From: Bacteroidales bacterium
GTDB lineage: Bacteria > Bacteroidota > Bacteroidia > Bacteroidales > P3
Assembly: GCA_017647785.1 (NCBI GenBank)
Contig: JAGCJW010000041.1
Coordinates: 18,960 to 82,959, forward strand
Length of the DNA stretch: 64,000 nucleotides
Direction of reading: 5' to 3'
This document shows, piece by piece, positions 1 through 8,695 of the stretch. The position numbers were made by a program, and so were the translations under genes. The notes under the pieces were generated by a model, which did no database searches, was not told the DNA's origin, and was given only the letters and a program-made list of their open reading frames with translations. Every line of letters starts with the position of its first letter. The stretch's first letter is position 1.

Positions 1-1108
1 TGTGAATGGTTATTGCCCAAGCGAGTTTTATTGGGTATTGTGTGAATGTTCCGATTACTTCTTGTGTGATGGCTTTTGTTGTTTTGTTTAGTTCATAACG
101 GCATCTCTCCCATGTGTATTTGCTGACTTCTATTATTTCGCCGTCTTCTTCTTTTTCTACTACGATTTTGTTTTCGGCTATTTCTATGATTTTGCCTATT
201 GTTCCGTTGTAATAGCGTCTTGGTGTGGAGTCATAGTCGTTTTTTAGAAACATTACTTGTGCTCCTTCTTTGAGTTCTAAGGTTTCTGCATTGGGATATA
301 GTTTTTCGTCAAATTCTCCTTCAACTATTGCTTCAAAGGTGTATGGTTTTTTCTTGATTAGCAGTAGTTTTTCTTCGTTTATCTCATTTGCTTGATTGTT
401 GTGTGAGCAGAGTATTATATAGCCTTTATTTTTTTGTGAATATACATTAGGGACATATCTTGTATTGAGTTGAGAAATCACTTCTGTTGTGATGCGATTT
501 TCTCGTATGTGATTGAGAATGTTTAGAAATTTCTTGTCGGTTTGGCGATATACGTGTTCTAATGTGATTGTTAGATAGCGCGATTGTTGTAAGACTGCTG
601 ATGAAAAGAAGTATGGTGTTTGGTAATATTGCTTTAAGAAATTCCATTCTTCCTCTTGTGCAACGGGTGGTAGCTGACTTAAATCGCCAATCATTAATAT
701 TTGAACGCCTCCAAAGGGTTGGTGTTTTTGACTTGGTCTTAGCTTTCGTAGGATTACGTCTATTTGGTCTAAAACATCTGCTCTTACCATAGAGATTTCA
801 TCAATCACTATGAGTTCAAGGCTTTTAATTAAATTGACTTTGGGGGTTCTATATTTTTTTCTTTCAATAGTGTAACCTGGAATATAAGGTGAGAATCCAA
901 GTTGAAAGAAGGAGTGAATAGTCACTCCTTCACAATTTAGTGCCGCAATACCTGTTGGAGCAAGTACTACATATCGTTTTTGCAAACTGTCTTTTAAACT
1001 TTTTAGAAAAGTAGTTTTCCCTGTACCTGCTTTGCCTGTTAGAAATATATTGATGTTTGTTTGTTCTATATATTTCTTTGCAAACTCCAACTGAGGGTTT
1101 ATTTTCAT
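1..1108 (-). CDS. PIF1/RecD-like SF1 DNA helicase, N-terminal ~369 aa (3' end lies beyond the window edge)
   Basis: Open-ended, so absent from the ORF track. Hand translation from ATG (complement of 1106-1108) gives MKINPQLEFAKKYIEQTNINIFLTGKAGTGKTTFLK...ELIVIDEISMV...ILMIGDLSQLPPV...KLAWAITIH with no stop down to position 1. Walker A, Walker B and helicase motif III are typical of PIF1-family helicases. Confidence 0.8.
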   Translation of the reverse strand, partial: MKINPQLEFAKKYIEQTNINIFLTGKAGTGKTTFLKSLKDSLQKRYVVLAPTGIAALNCEGVTIHSFFQLGFSPYIPGYTIERKKYRTPKVNLIKSLELIVIDEISMVRADVLDQIDVILRKLRPSQKHQPFGGVQILMIGDLSQLPPVAQEEEWNFLKQYYQTPYFFSSAVLQQSRYLTITLEHVYRQTDKKFLNILNHIRENRITTEVISQLNTRYVPNVYSQKNKGYIILCSHNNQANEINEEKLLLIKKKPYTFEAIVEGEFDEKLYPNAETLELKEGAQVMFLKNDYDSTPRRYYNGTIGKIIEIAENKIVVEKEEDGEIIEVSKYTWERCRYELNKTTKAITQEVIGTFTQYPIKLAWAITIH

Positions 1109-1115
1109 AAACCGA

Positions 1116-2069
1116 CTATTTTCTTGCTATAACTCTTTTAGCTGCTTCAACTATATTTTGAGCTTTCAATCCGTATTTTTCCATTAAGGCATCTGGTGTT
1201 CCACTTTCTCCAAATGAATCATCAATTCCTATAAATTCCATTGGTTTTGGATTGTTTCTTACAAGTAATTGTGCTAAGCTTTCGTTTAATCCACCGTTGT
1301 ATTGGTGTTCTTCGCAACCTACAAGACAATTAGTTTTTGCAACTGATTTCAATATTGCTTCGTTGTCAAGTGGTTTTATTGTGTGAATATCTATAACTTC
1401 TGCACTTATTCCTTCTTCTTCTAATATTTTTGCTGCTTGTAATGCTTCCCAAACCAAGTGTCCTGTTGCAACAAGTGTTACATCTGTTCCTTCATTAAGC
1501 ACAAGAGCTTTTCCTATTTCAAAAGGCATGTCTTCTGGAATAAATACTGGAACTTTTGGTCTTCCATAACGAATATAAACAGGGCCATCGTACTCAGCAG
1601 CTGCTATTGTTGCTGCTTTTGTTTGGTTATGGTCGCAAGGATTTAGAACAACCATATTAGGCAACATTTTCATCATTCCTATATCTTCAAGGATTTGATG
1701 TGTTGCTCCGTCCTCTCCTAATGTTATACCTGCGTGAGAACCTGCTATTTTAACGTTTGTGTTTGAATAAGCAACTGCTTGACGTATTTGGTCGTAAACT
1801 CGTCCTGTTGCAAAGGCTGCAAAACTACTTGCAAAGGCTACTTTTCCGCTTAAAGCCAAACCTGCTGCTATTCCTATCATATTTGATTCTGCTATTCCGC
1901 ATTCTATCATTCTTTCAGGAAAGGCTTCTTGAAATAAATCCATTCTTACAGAACCTATAAGGTCTGCACATAATGCTACAACGTTTTCATTTCTTTTTCC
2001 AGCTTCTAAAAGACCTTCGCCAAAGCCTGAACGTGTGTCTTTACTGCCTAATTGAGGATATTCTTTCAT
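1116..2069 (-). CDS. Transketolase, C-terminal (pyrimidine-binding) subunit of a split enzyme
   Basis: 317 aa. GIAESNMIGIAAGLA, GEDGATHQ and the C-terminal domain are typical of the small split transketolase B subunit. Confidence 0.9.
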   Translation of the reverse strand: MKEYPQLGSKDTRSGFGEGLLEAGKRNENVVALCADLIGSVRMDLFQEAFPERMIECGIAESNMIGIAAGLALSGKVAFASSFAAFATGRVYDQIRQAVAYSNTNVKIAGSHAGITLGEDGATHQILEDIGMMKMLPNMVVLNPCDHNQTKAATIAAAEYDGPVYIRYGRPKVPVFIPEDMPFEIGKALVLNEGTDVTLVATGHLVWEALQAAKILEEEGISAEVIDIHTIKPLDNEAILKSVAKTNCLVGCEEHQYNGGLNESLAQLLVRNNPKPMEFIGIDDSFGESGTPDALMEKYGLKAQNIVEAAKRVIARK

Positions 2070-2080
2070 TATCTTATGTT

Positions 2081-3490
2081 TTATTTTGCTAAATTTATTG
2101 TTGTGGTTTTATTCGATTCTATCTTAAATTCTTTAATTTGTGTTTTTGAGGTTTTGTTTGCGTTTTTATCTCTCAAAACTACCATGTATTGTCCTGGTAA
2201 AAGCTCTATGTTTTCTACGGGTAAGGCTTCTTCAAGATTGCAAACCCATTTTGTTTCTTCGCTATCTTTCACAAAGATACTTCCTATTGTTTGAGTTTTT
2301 CCTTTTGTTAAAGACAATGTGCCTGATACTGGTATTTCTATTGTAGTTGTTGAGGACTGCCCTACTTCTACGTTTTCTATTTTTAGCTTTGGTAGTGTCA
2401 ATATTTCCAAATCATATTTCCCTACAAGGTATTTTTCTATCTTATCCAAGGCTTGAATATTAACAGTTTCTGTTTTTCCGCTTTCTCTAACGATAGCAAA
2501 AATATCTCCTGTCTTGTTTTTAGATTTGTCTGTTAGCTTAATCATCATATTACCTTGTGGTGCCTTGATAGGAATTATTGTATGGCGGCCAACTTTTAGC
2601 TGTACGTTTTCTTCTTTTACAGGTGGTAGTGTGTGAATTACTATATCGTAGTTGATTAAAGGGTCTAATATCAATGTGTCTGAAAGTCCTTTGGAATTGA
2701 AAGTGTGCATAAATGTGTAGCGAAGTTGTTTGCTTTGTGCATCATAAAAAGTCATTGGAACGTTTGTTTCACTTGGCTCCATGTTTGAGTCTAAAAGATT
2801 TACTTGCGAGGTAGTATTGTTTAATACTTGTGCTACTATATTGTTCAATGCTTTTGAAAATTCTATTTCATTGGTTACTTCAAAATAGCTTCCTGCACAT
2901 TCAAATTCTTCTTTTAAGCCCTTGCCTATACCTATTATGAAAGGTTTTAAGAATGCTCCTTTTTTTTGTAATTGTTTTGATGTCTTGCAAACATCTGCTG
3001 AACATTCATCAACGCCATCTGTTATAAGAACAACTATATTTCTACAATTATCACTTTCAGGGAAGTCTTTAACACATTTTTCCAAAGTGTAAGCTATTGG
3101 AGTTGTGCCTTTTGGTACTAAAGCTTTAAGTTTAGCTTTAATTTGTTCTGTGTTGTTTTGATAAAATCCTACTTCTAATCTTGTGTCATCACAATTTTGT
3201 GGTGGATAATCCTTTGTGTGACCATAGGCTCTTAAAGCCATTTCAACACCCGGCTTATTGGCTAAGGTATCTACTATATTAGACAAAAGGTTTTGAGCAA
3301 TCTTTATTTTGGTATTGCTTTGCCACATTCCATACATTGTATTGGAACAATCTAATATAAAGAGTATGCGCGTTTTCTGAAAGGAGTCTTCGCGTGTTAC
3401 TTTAACTCCTTTTGGTTGTGCATACAAAGCCACGCTTGCAAAAAGTATTGCAAGTAATAACAAGGCTTTTTTTATAGGTGTTGATTTCAA
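2081..3490 (-). CDS. Secreted von Willebrand factor A (vWA) domain protein
   Basis: 469 aa. Signal peptide LLLLAILFASVALYAQ. MIDAS-like ILFILDCSNTM, GTTPIAYTLE, VVLITDGVDEC. About 230 aa of beta-rich C-terminal region with no domain I recognise. Confidence 0.75.
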   Translation of the reverse strand: MKSTPIKKALLLLAILFASVALYAQPKGVKVTREDSFQKTRILFILDCSNTMYGMWQSNTKIKIAQNLLSNIVDTLANKPGVEMALRAYGHTKDYPPQNCDDTRLEVGFYQNNTEQIKAKLKALVPKGTTPIAYTLEKCVKDFPESDNCRNIVVLITDGVDECSADVCKTSKQLQKKGAFLKPFIIGIGKGLKEEFECAGSYFEVTNEIEFSKALNNIVAQVLNNTTSQVNLLDSNMEPSETNVPMTFYDAQSKQLRYTFMHTFNSKGLSDTLILDPLINYDIVIHTLPPVKEENVQLKVGRHTIIPIKAPQGNMMIKLTDKSKNKTGDIFAIVRESGKTETVNIQALDKIEKYLVGKYDLEILTLPKLKIENVEVGQSSTTTIEIPVSGTLSLTKGKTQTIGSIFVKDSEETKWVCNLEEALPVENIELLPGQYMVVLRDKNANKTSKTQIKEFKIESNKTTTINLAK

Positions 3491-3504
3491 AATAAGAATG
3501 GATT

Positions 3505-4350
3505 TTAGTAATCTCCTAATGTTTCTTTTAATTGAGCTAAGGCTTGTGCAGCTTGTTCATCGTTTGGAGCAGTTCCGTGCCATTTGTTTTTGTTTTGCAT
3601 AAAATCAACTCCAAATCCCATTTGTGTTTGCATAAGAACAACAACTGGTTTTCCTTGTTTTGCTTGTGCTTTTGCTTGGTTCAATCCTCTGATAACATCT
3701 GTCATATCGTTACCATTCATTTCTACTATGCTCCAATCAAATGCTTCAAATTTAGCTCTTAGGTTTCCTAATGAACATACTTGGTCTGTTGAACCATCTA
3801 TTTGTAAGCCATTAACGTCTATTATAGATATTAAGTTATCTACTTTGTTTGCTCCTGCAAACATGATTGCTTCCCAAATTTGTCCTTCTTGTAATTCTCC
3901 GTCTCCGTGAAGTGTGTAAACTAACTTATCGCAAGAGTCAAATTTCTTTGCTAAGGCTGCTCCTATTCCTACTGATAAGCCTTGTCCTAATGAGCCTGAG
4001 GCTTGTCTTACTCCTGGAAGTTCATCATGTACGCTTGGGTGTCCTTGTAAGCGTGTTCCTAATTTACGGAATGTTGCAAGTTCAGATACAAGGAAATATC
4101 CTCTACGTGCTAACACGCTGTATAACACTGGAGATATGTGTCCGTTAGATAGGAAAAACATATCTTCGCCTTTTCCATCTCTTTTGTAATTGGCAGTATC
4201 TAAATCCATCACTTCAAAATATAGTGCTGTCATTACATCGGCACAACCTAAACTTCCGCCAGGGTGTCCTGATGATACGCCATTTACCATTCTTATGATA
4301 TCTCTTCTTACTTGTGTTGAAATGTTTTCTAATTCGGTAATTGTTGCCAT
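3505..4350 (-). CDS. Transketolase, N-terminal (TPP-binding) subunit of a split enzyme
   Basis: 281 aa. SGHPGGSLG and GDGELQEGQIWEA thiamine-diphosphate binding motifs. Confidence 0.9.
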   Translation of the reverse strand: MATITELENISTQVRRDIIRMVNGVSSGHPGGSLGCADVMTALYFEVMDLDTANYKRDGKGEDMFFLSNGHISPVLYSVLARRGYFLVSELATFRKLGTRLQGHPSVHDELPGVRQASGSLGQGLSVGIGAALAKKFDSCDKLVYTLHGDGELQEGQIWEAIMFAGANKVDNLISIIDVNGLQIDGSTDQVCSLGNLRAKFEAFDWSIVEMNGNDMTDVIRGLNQAKAQAKQGKPVVVLMQTQMGFGVDFMQNKNKWHGTAPNDEQAAQALAQLKETLGDY

Positions 4351-4375
4351 TTTTTTGCTACGTTTTAATACGTTG

Positions 4376-4383
4376 CAAAGTTA
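4376..4383 (-). promoter_or_regulatory. Bacteroidota sigma-A -7 box
   Basis: The minus strand reads TAACTTTG (consensus TAnnTTTG), 25 nt upstream of the transketolase-N ATG. Confidence 0.5.
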
Positions 4384-4414
4384 GACATTTTTAATGAATC
4401 AAACAAATGATTCT

Positions 4415-5239
4415 TTATCTTATAAGCATTAATTCCCCTTTTTGTGTAGAAGTTATTCCTTTTTTGTTTGTGAATTTAACTACATAGACATACACACCCA
4501 TTGGTTGAGGGTTGTTTTTATAGGTTCCGTTCCAGCCTTCTTCTATATTATTGGTTGTAAAGACTAAGGTGCCATTTGAACTATAGATATTCATTCTATA
4601 GTCTTGCAATTCTATGTATGAGGGTTTAAATATACTGTTTTCATCACCTGTACTTGGTGTAAAGGCATTTGGTATAAATAGCTTTGTTCTTTCAATATCT
4701 AATTCTGCTTCTGGTGCTTTTTCAACTATCTTTTCTTCTACTATTTCAACTTTTGGAGCTACCTCTACTTTTTCAACAATCTTTTTCTCAACAGGTCTTT
4801 CGATTACCTTTTGTTCTACTACTTTTATTTCAGGAGTTTGAGCCTCTGTTTTTACTATTGTTTTGTTAGTTGGAACTACAACTATATTCTCTTCTGAAAA
4901 AGTCTTTGTTTTTTCGGAATTTTTCTTTGTTTTTTCAAGATTTTTCTTTGTTTTTTCGGAATTTTTCTTTGTTTTTTTCAAAGGCTCTTTTTGGGTTGTT
5001 TTTTCAACCCTTATAGTTTGTGCAATAGGTTTTGATTCTTCTTTGGTATTTGGAGTAAAAACTAATATACCTACAAAGGCAAGTAAGATGAAACTGCTAA
5101 CACCTATTGCAGTTTTTAGATATATGTTTTTAGAGTGTATTTGCTTGTCAATGTTTTCCCACAATTCTTTTCTTGGAGCTTCTTCATAGTTCTCCATTCT
5201 CTTGCGCATTTGCTCAAAATTAAAATCCTTATTTTCCAT
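4415..5239 (-). CDS. Single-pass membrane protein: anti-sigma-like N-terminus + K/E-rich repeat tether + T9SS type-B (gliding-motility-associated) C-terminal domain
   Basis: 274 aa, 4 nt downstream of an ECF sigma gene. N-terminal PRKELWENIDKQI motif then a TM helix (aa 42-62). 7-aa repeats KTKKNSE/KTKKNLE. The last ~88 aa, LFIPNAFTPSTGDENSIF...YRMNIYSSNGTLVF...GWNGTY...GVYVYVVKF...GELMLIR, match the TIGR04131-type sorting domain pattern. Confidence 0.6.
   Translation of the reverse strand: MENKDFNFEQMRKRMENYEEAPRKELWENIDKQIHSKNIYLKTAIGVSSFILLAFVGILVFTPNTKEESKPIAQTIRVEKTTQKEPLKKTKKNSEKTKKNLEKTKKNSEKTKTFSEENIVVVPTNKTIVKTEAQTPEIKVVEQKVIERPVEKKIVEKVEVAPKVEIVEEKIVEKAPEAELDIERTKLFIPNAFTPSTGDENSIFKPSYIELQDYRMNIYSSNGTLVFTTNNIEEGWNGTYKNNPQPMGVYVYVVKFTNKKGITSTQKGELMLIR
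4904..4987. repeat. In-frame 21-bp tandem repeat (4 units) inside the anti-sigma/T9SS-CTD gene
   Basis: CTTTG recurs at 4904, 4925, 4946 and 4967. Encodes (KTKKNSE/KTKKNLE)n. The minus-strand units read AAAACAAAGAAAAAtnnnGAAA. Confidence 0.9.
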
Positions 5240-5243
5240 TGCC

Positions 5244-5771
5244 TTATTTATTTGTTCTTGTTAATATTTCTTGTAAGCTTTTCTTTGCTTTAAAATTCAA
5301 ACCTCTTAACGTGCTTTCTTTTATGTTTAATTCCTCGGATAAGTCTTTGTATGAATAACCTTCTATCTCTATCATATTAAAAATCAATCTTTGAGAGTCT
5401 GATAGTTGTTCAATAGCTTGTAGAATTTCTTGATTGCTTAGATTTTCTATTTGTAATGGTACTTGACTTATTTCTACTGTTGCAATGTCTGTACTTAGCA
5501 TTGTTTTGTCGTAACGATAGTAATTCAAAGCTACGTTTATGAATAATTTTCTTAACCAAGCGCCTAACGCTCCTTGAAAGTTGTATTTGTTAAGTTGTTC
5601 GTATGCTTTTACAAATGCTTCTTGGAATATGTCTTCTGCATCTTCTCTATTGCGTGCATATCTCATACAAATACCAAAAAGCATAGGCGAATAAATGTCA
5701 TATAACGCCTTTTGTGCCTTTGGATTCTTCTTAATACATTTTTCAACGAGTTCTTTGTCGCTTAGTTTCAT
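5244..5771 (-). CDS. ECF-type RNA polymerase sigma-70 factor
   Basis: 175 aa. Region 2 (DAEDIFQEAFVKAYEQL) and region 4 HTH (YSYKDLSEELNIKESTLRGLNFKAKKSLQ). Confidence 0.85.
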   Translation of the reverse strand: MKLSDKELVEKCIKKNPKAQKALYDIYSPMLFGICMRYARNREDAEDIFQEAFVKAYEQLNKYNFQGALGAWLRKLFINVALNYYRYDKTMLSTDIATVEISQVPLQIENLSNQEILQAIEQLSDSQRLIFNMIEIEGYSYKDLSEELNIKESTLRGLNFKAKKSLQEILTRTNK

Positions 5772-5829
5772 TAAAACAATGACACTATTTCTTTGGATTT
5801 TGTTGCGGGAGGTGTGATTTTTTTATTTT

Positions 5830-6306
5830 TTACTTGATTTCTACACTAAATACAGTACTGGTGTAAATATTATTAATAGTATATCCTTCTCTTTTTTCAA
5901 CAACAGTTACCATATTTTTTATATTCCATCTTCCTTTTGGAATATTAGTCATAAGAATATTTTCATCTCTCAATTGTATGCCATTAGGTATTCCTGTATT
6001 ATACCATTTTTCATTTAGATAAATAGTGTCATTGGAGGTTGTAACATCAAGATAAACAACGGGTGGTTTATCAGTAAATGGATAAGGAACAAAACATCTT
6101 GTTTTCTTTATCATAAGACTATTACCATTAACTATACAAGTAATAACTCCACTTCCTGGCGTGGCCGTTGTATAATCGTCAGGGTATATATCACTTAAAT
6201 AAGTGTATTTAGCCTCTATCTCTTTTGGTTCGGGTTCGCAACTTGTGAAACTGAAAGAAATTAATATTAATAATGTTGCAAATAATAAATTAATCTTGTT
6301 TTTCAT
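5830..6306 (-). CDS. Hypothetical lipoprotein
   Basis: 158 aa. Signal peptide with lipobox (LISFSFTSC). No domain recognised. Confidence 0.5.
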   Translation of the reverse strand: MKNKINLLFATLLILISFSFTSCEPEPKEIEAKYTYLSDIYPDDYTTATPGSGVITCIVNGNSLMIKKTRCFVPYPFTDKPPVVYLDVTTSNDTIYLNEKWYNTGIPNGIQLRDENILMTNIPKGRWNIKNMVTVVEKREGYTINNIYTSTVFSVEIK

Positions 6307-6516
6307 ACTTTAAATATTCTTTAATGTGTCTTTAATATGTTTTTAAACGCTTTTTAAAATATATTTGCGATAGAGATTTAATCTATCGCTTTATCGTCCA
6401 TAAAGAATATAAACCGATGTATTCGTGTTTCATAAAGAATAGAATATTTTTCGCAAAATTATACTTTTTTTTGGAGGAGGGCAAATTTTGGCAATAATTT
6501 AAAAAAAATAAATAAA

Positions 6517-6862
6517 GTGCAGCATCTATAAGCCGAGTTCTGTCGAGTTCTATCATTAATCTACTACTTGCCTCACGACAAGTCTCTAACGACCTACCCC
6601 TCGGAAAGGACGAGCAGCCCCTATATTCCGATATACTTGGTCTTTCAACTCATAAGGTTTACCCATTTAACTTATCACTAAGCCAAATCGTGAGCTCTTA
6701 CCTCACATTTTCACCCTTACCCTTATCAAAGGGCGGTTATTTTCTGTGGCACTTGCTGTCAGTAATTCTTCATTACTGCCTACCCGTTAGGTAGTATGAT
6801 GCTCTGTGTTGCTCGGACTTTCCTCTCGAAGTTTAACTTCCAGCGATAGAACAATGCCGCAC
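6517..6862 (-). ncRNA. rnpB: RNase P RNA, bacterial type A
   Basis: The minus strand reads GUGCGGCAU...GAGAGGAAAGUCCGAGC...ACAGAAAAUAACCGCC...GGUAAGGGUGAAA...GUGAGGUAAGAGCUCAC...ACAGAACUCGGCUUAUAGAUGCUGCAC. The universally conserved GGAAAGUCCG, ACAGAA and CGGCUUAUAG blocks are present, and the 9-bp P1 closes between the two ends. Confidence 0.85.
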
Positions 6863-6872
6863 TTATCTCTAT

Positions 6873-8684
6873 TTATTCTTTTTGAGCATTTGCTGCTCTT
6901 TTTCTTGCTACTTCATCAAGCAAGATTTTTCTTATTCTTAAGTGATTTGGAGTAATTTCTAAGTATTCGTCTTCTCCTATATACTCCATTGATTCTTCTA
7001 ATGAGAATTTTGTTGCTGGTGCTATGCTAACTTTTTCATCTGCACCTGCTGAACGCATATTTGAAAGTTTCTTTGTGATTGTTAGGTTTACAACTATGTC
7101 ATCAGGACGTATTCCTTCTCCAACTACCATTCCTGTATAGACTTCTTCGCCTGGTGAAACGAAGAAACGTCCTCTGTCTTGTAATTTATTGATTGAGTAT
7201 TCTATTGCAGGGCCTGTTTCTTTTGCTATTAAGGCTCCCATTCTTCTTCCTCCTATTTCGCCTTTCCAAGGTTCGTAACCTTTTAATCTATGTGCCATAA
7301 TAGCTTCTCCTTCAGATACTGTAAGGACATTGTTTCTTAATCCTATGATTCCTCTTGAAGGTATTGTGAATTCAATATGTGTTCTGTCGCCTTGTGGTTC
7401 TATTGAATCAATTTCTCCTTTACGCATTGTAACTAATTCTATTACTTTGCCTGAGAATGCTTCCGGAACAACTATTGTTAATTGTTCAACAGGTTCACAT
7501 TTTACACCATCAATTTCTTTTATGATTACTTTTGGTTGTCCAACTTGAAGTTCATATCCTTCTCTACGCATTGTTTCAATAAGGATTGAAAGGTGAAGGA
7601 TTCCTCTTCCGTAAACTATCAATGAATCAGGTGAGTCAGTTTCTTCAATACGCATTGCAAGGTTTTTTTCTAATTCTGCGTAAAGTCTTTCTCTTAAATG
7701 GCGAGAGGTAACAAACTTTCCGTCTTTTCCATAGAAAGGAGAATTGTTGATAGTAAAAAGCATACTCATTGTAGGGTCATCAACCTTGATTGGTTTTAGT
7801 GGTTCTGGATTTTCTATATCGCAAACTGTATCTCCAATATCAAAGTTTTCTAATCCTAATATTGCACATATTTCTCCTGCGTGTACTTCTGATTTGATTT
7901 TTTCTTTAGCTAAGCCTTCAAATACATAAAGTTCTTTGATTTTTGAACGGAACATTTCTCCATTTGCTTTTGCTAATGTTACGTCTTGACCTGCAATTAA
8001 AGTTCCTCTATGTAATCTTCCTACTGCTATACGTCCTACATATGATGAAAAGTCAAGAGAAGAAATCATTAATTGTGTTGTTCCTTCTTCGGTTTTGTAT
8101 GCAGGAATGTGTTCTATGATTTGGTCTAATAAATAAGAAACATCTTCTGTTGGGTGTTGCCAATCTTCACTCATCCAACCTTGTTTTGAAGAACCATATA
8201 CTGTTGGGAAATCTAATTGTTCTTCTGTTGCTCCAAGATTAAACATCAAGTCAAATACTTTTTCTTGTGTTTCTATTGGATTGCAATTTGGCTTATCTAC
8301 TTTGTTGATTACAACTATTGGTTTAAGGTTTAGTTCTATCGCTTTTTGTAAAACGAAACGTGTTTGAGGCATTGGACCTTCAAAAGCATCAACAACAAGT
8401 AAAACTCCGTCAGCCATATTTAATACTCTTTCTACTTCTCCACCAAAATCACTGTGGCCCGGAGTATCAATTATATTAATCTTAAAATCTTTGTAACGAA
8501 TAGAAACGTTTTTTGAAAGAATTGTTATACCTCTTTCACGCTCTAAATCGTTGTTGTCTAAGATTAAATCTTTTGTTTCTTGGTTTTCTCTAAATAATTT
8601 CGCTTGATGAAGCATTCTATCTACAAGCGTTGTCTTTCCATGGTCAACATGGGCTATGATTGCTACGTTTCTTATGTTTTGCAT
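6873..8684 (-). CDS. typA: Translational GTPase TypA/BipA
   Basis: 603 aa. [14 protein letters not shown] and NKVD G-motifs, with a BipA-type C-terminal domain. Confidence 0.95.
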   Translation of the reverse strand: MQNIRNVAIIAHVDHGKTTLVDRMLHQAKLFRENQETKDLILDNNDLERERGITILSKNVSIRYKDFKINIIDTPGHSDFGGEVERVLNMADGVLLVVDAFEGPMPQTRFVLQKAIELNLKPIVVINKVDKPNCNPIETQEKVFDLMFNLGATEEQLDFPTVYGSSKQGWMSEDWQHPTEDVSYLLDQIIEHIPAYKTEEGTTQLMISSLDFSSYVGRIAVGRLHRGTLIAGQDVTLAKANGEMFRSKIKELYVFEGLAKEKIKSEVHAGEICAILGLENFDIGDTVCDIENPEPLKPIKVDDPTMSMLFTINNSPFYGKDGKFVTSRHLRERLYAELEKNLAMRIEETDSPDSLIVYGRGILHLSILIETMRREGYELQVGQPKVIIKEIDGVKCEPVEQLTIVVPEAFSGKVIELVTMRKGEIDSIEPQGDRTHIEFTIPSRGIIGLRNNVLTVSEGEAIMAHRLKGYEPWKGEIGGRRMGALIAKETGPAIEYSINKLQDRGRFFVSPGEEVYTGMVVGEGIRPDDIVVNLTITKKLSNMRSAGADEKVSIAPATKFSLEESMEYIGEDEYLEITPNHLRIRKILLDEVARKRAANAQKE

Positions 8685-8695
8685 TGTTGTTAAAA

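Noticed and set aside
447-792. Track ORFs 447..647(-) and 568..792(+) as genes
   Set aside because: Both lie inside, and out of frame with, the open-ended PIF1-like helicase frame (1..1108, minus). That frame has clear Walker A/B and motif III signatures.
5772-5829. ECF-type promoter (GCAAC-N17-TGTCA on the minus strand) upstream of the first sigma gene
   Set aside because: The match to generic ECF -35/-10 motifs is loose, and the cognate consensus is unknown for this sigma group. It is not supportable as a feature.
6366-6470. Hairpin GCGATAGA...TCTATCGC and duplicated CATAAAGAATA words between the lipoprotein gene and rnpB
   Set aside because: These are short, isolated and compatible with an ordinary terminator downstream of rnpB. 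Nothing further supports them.
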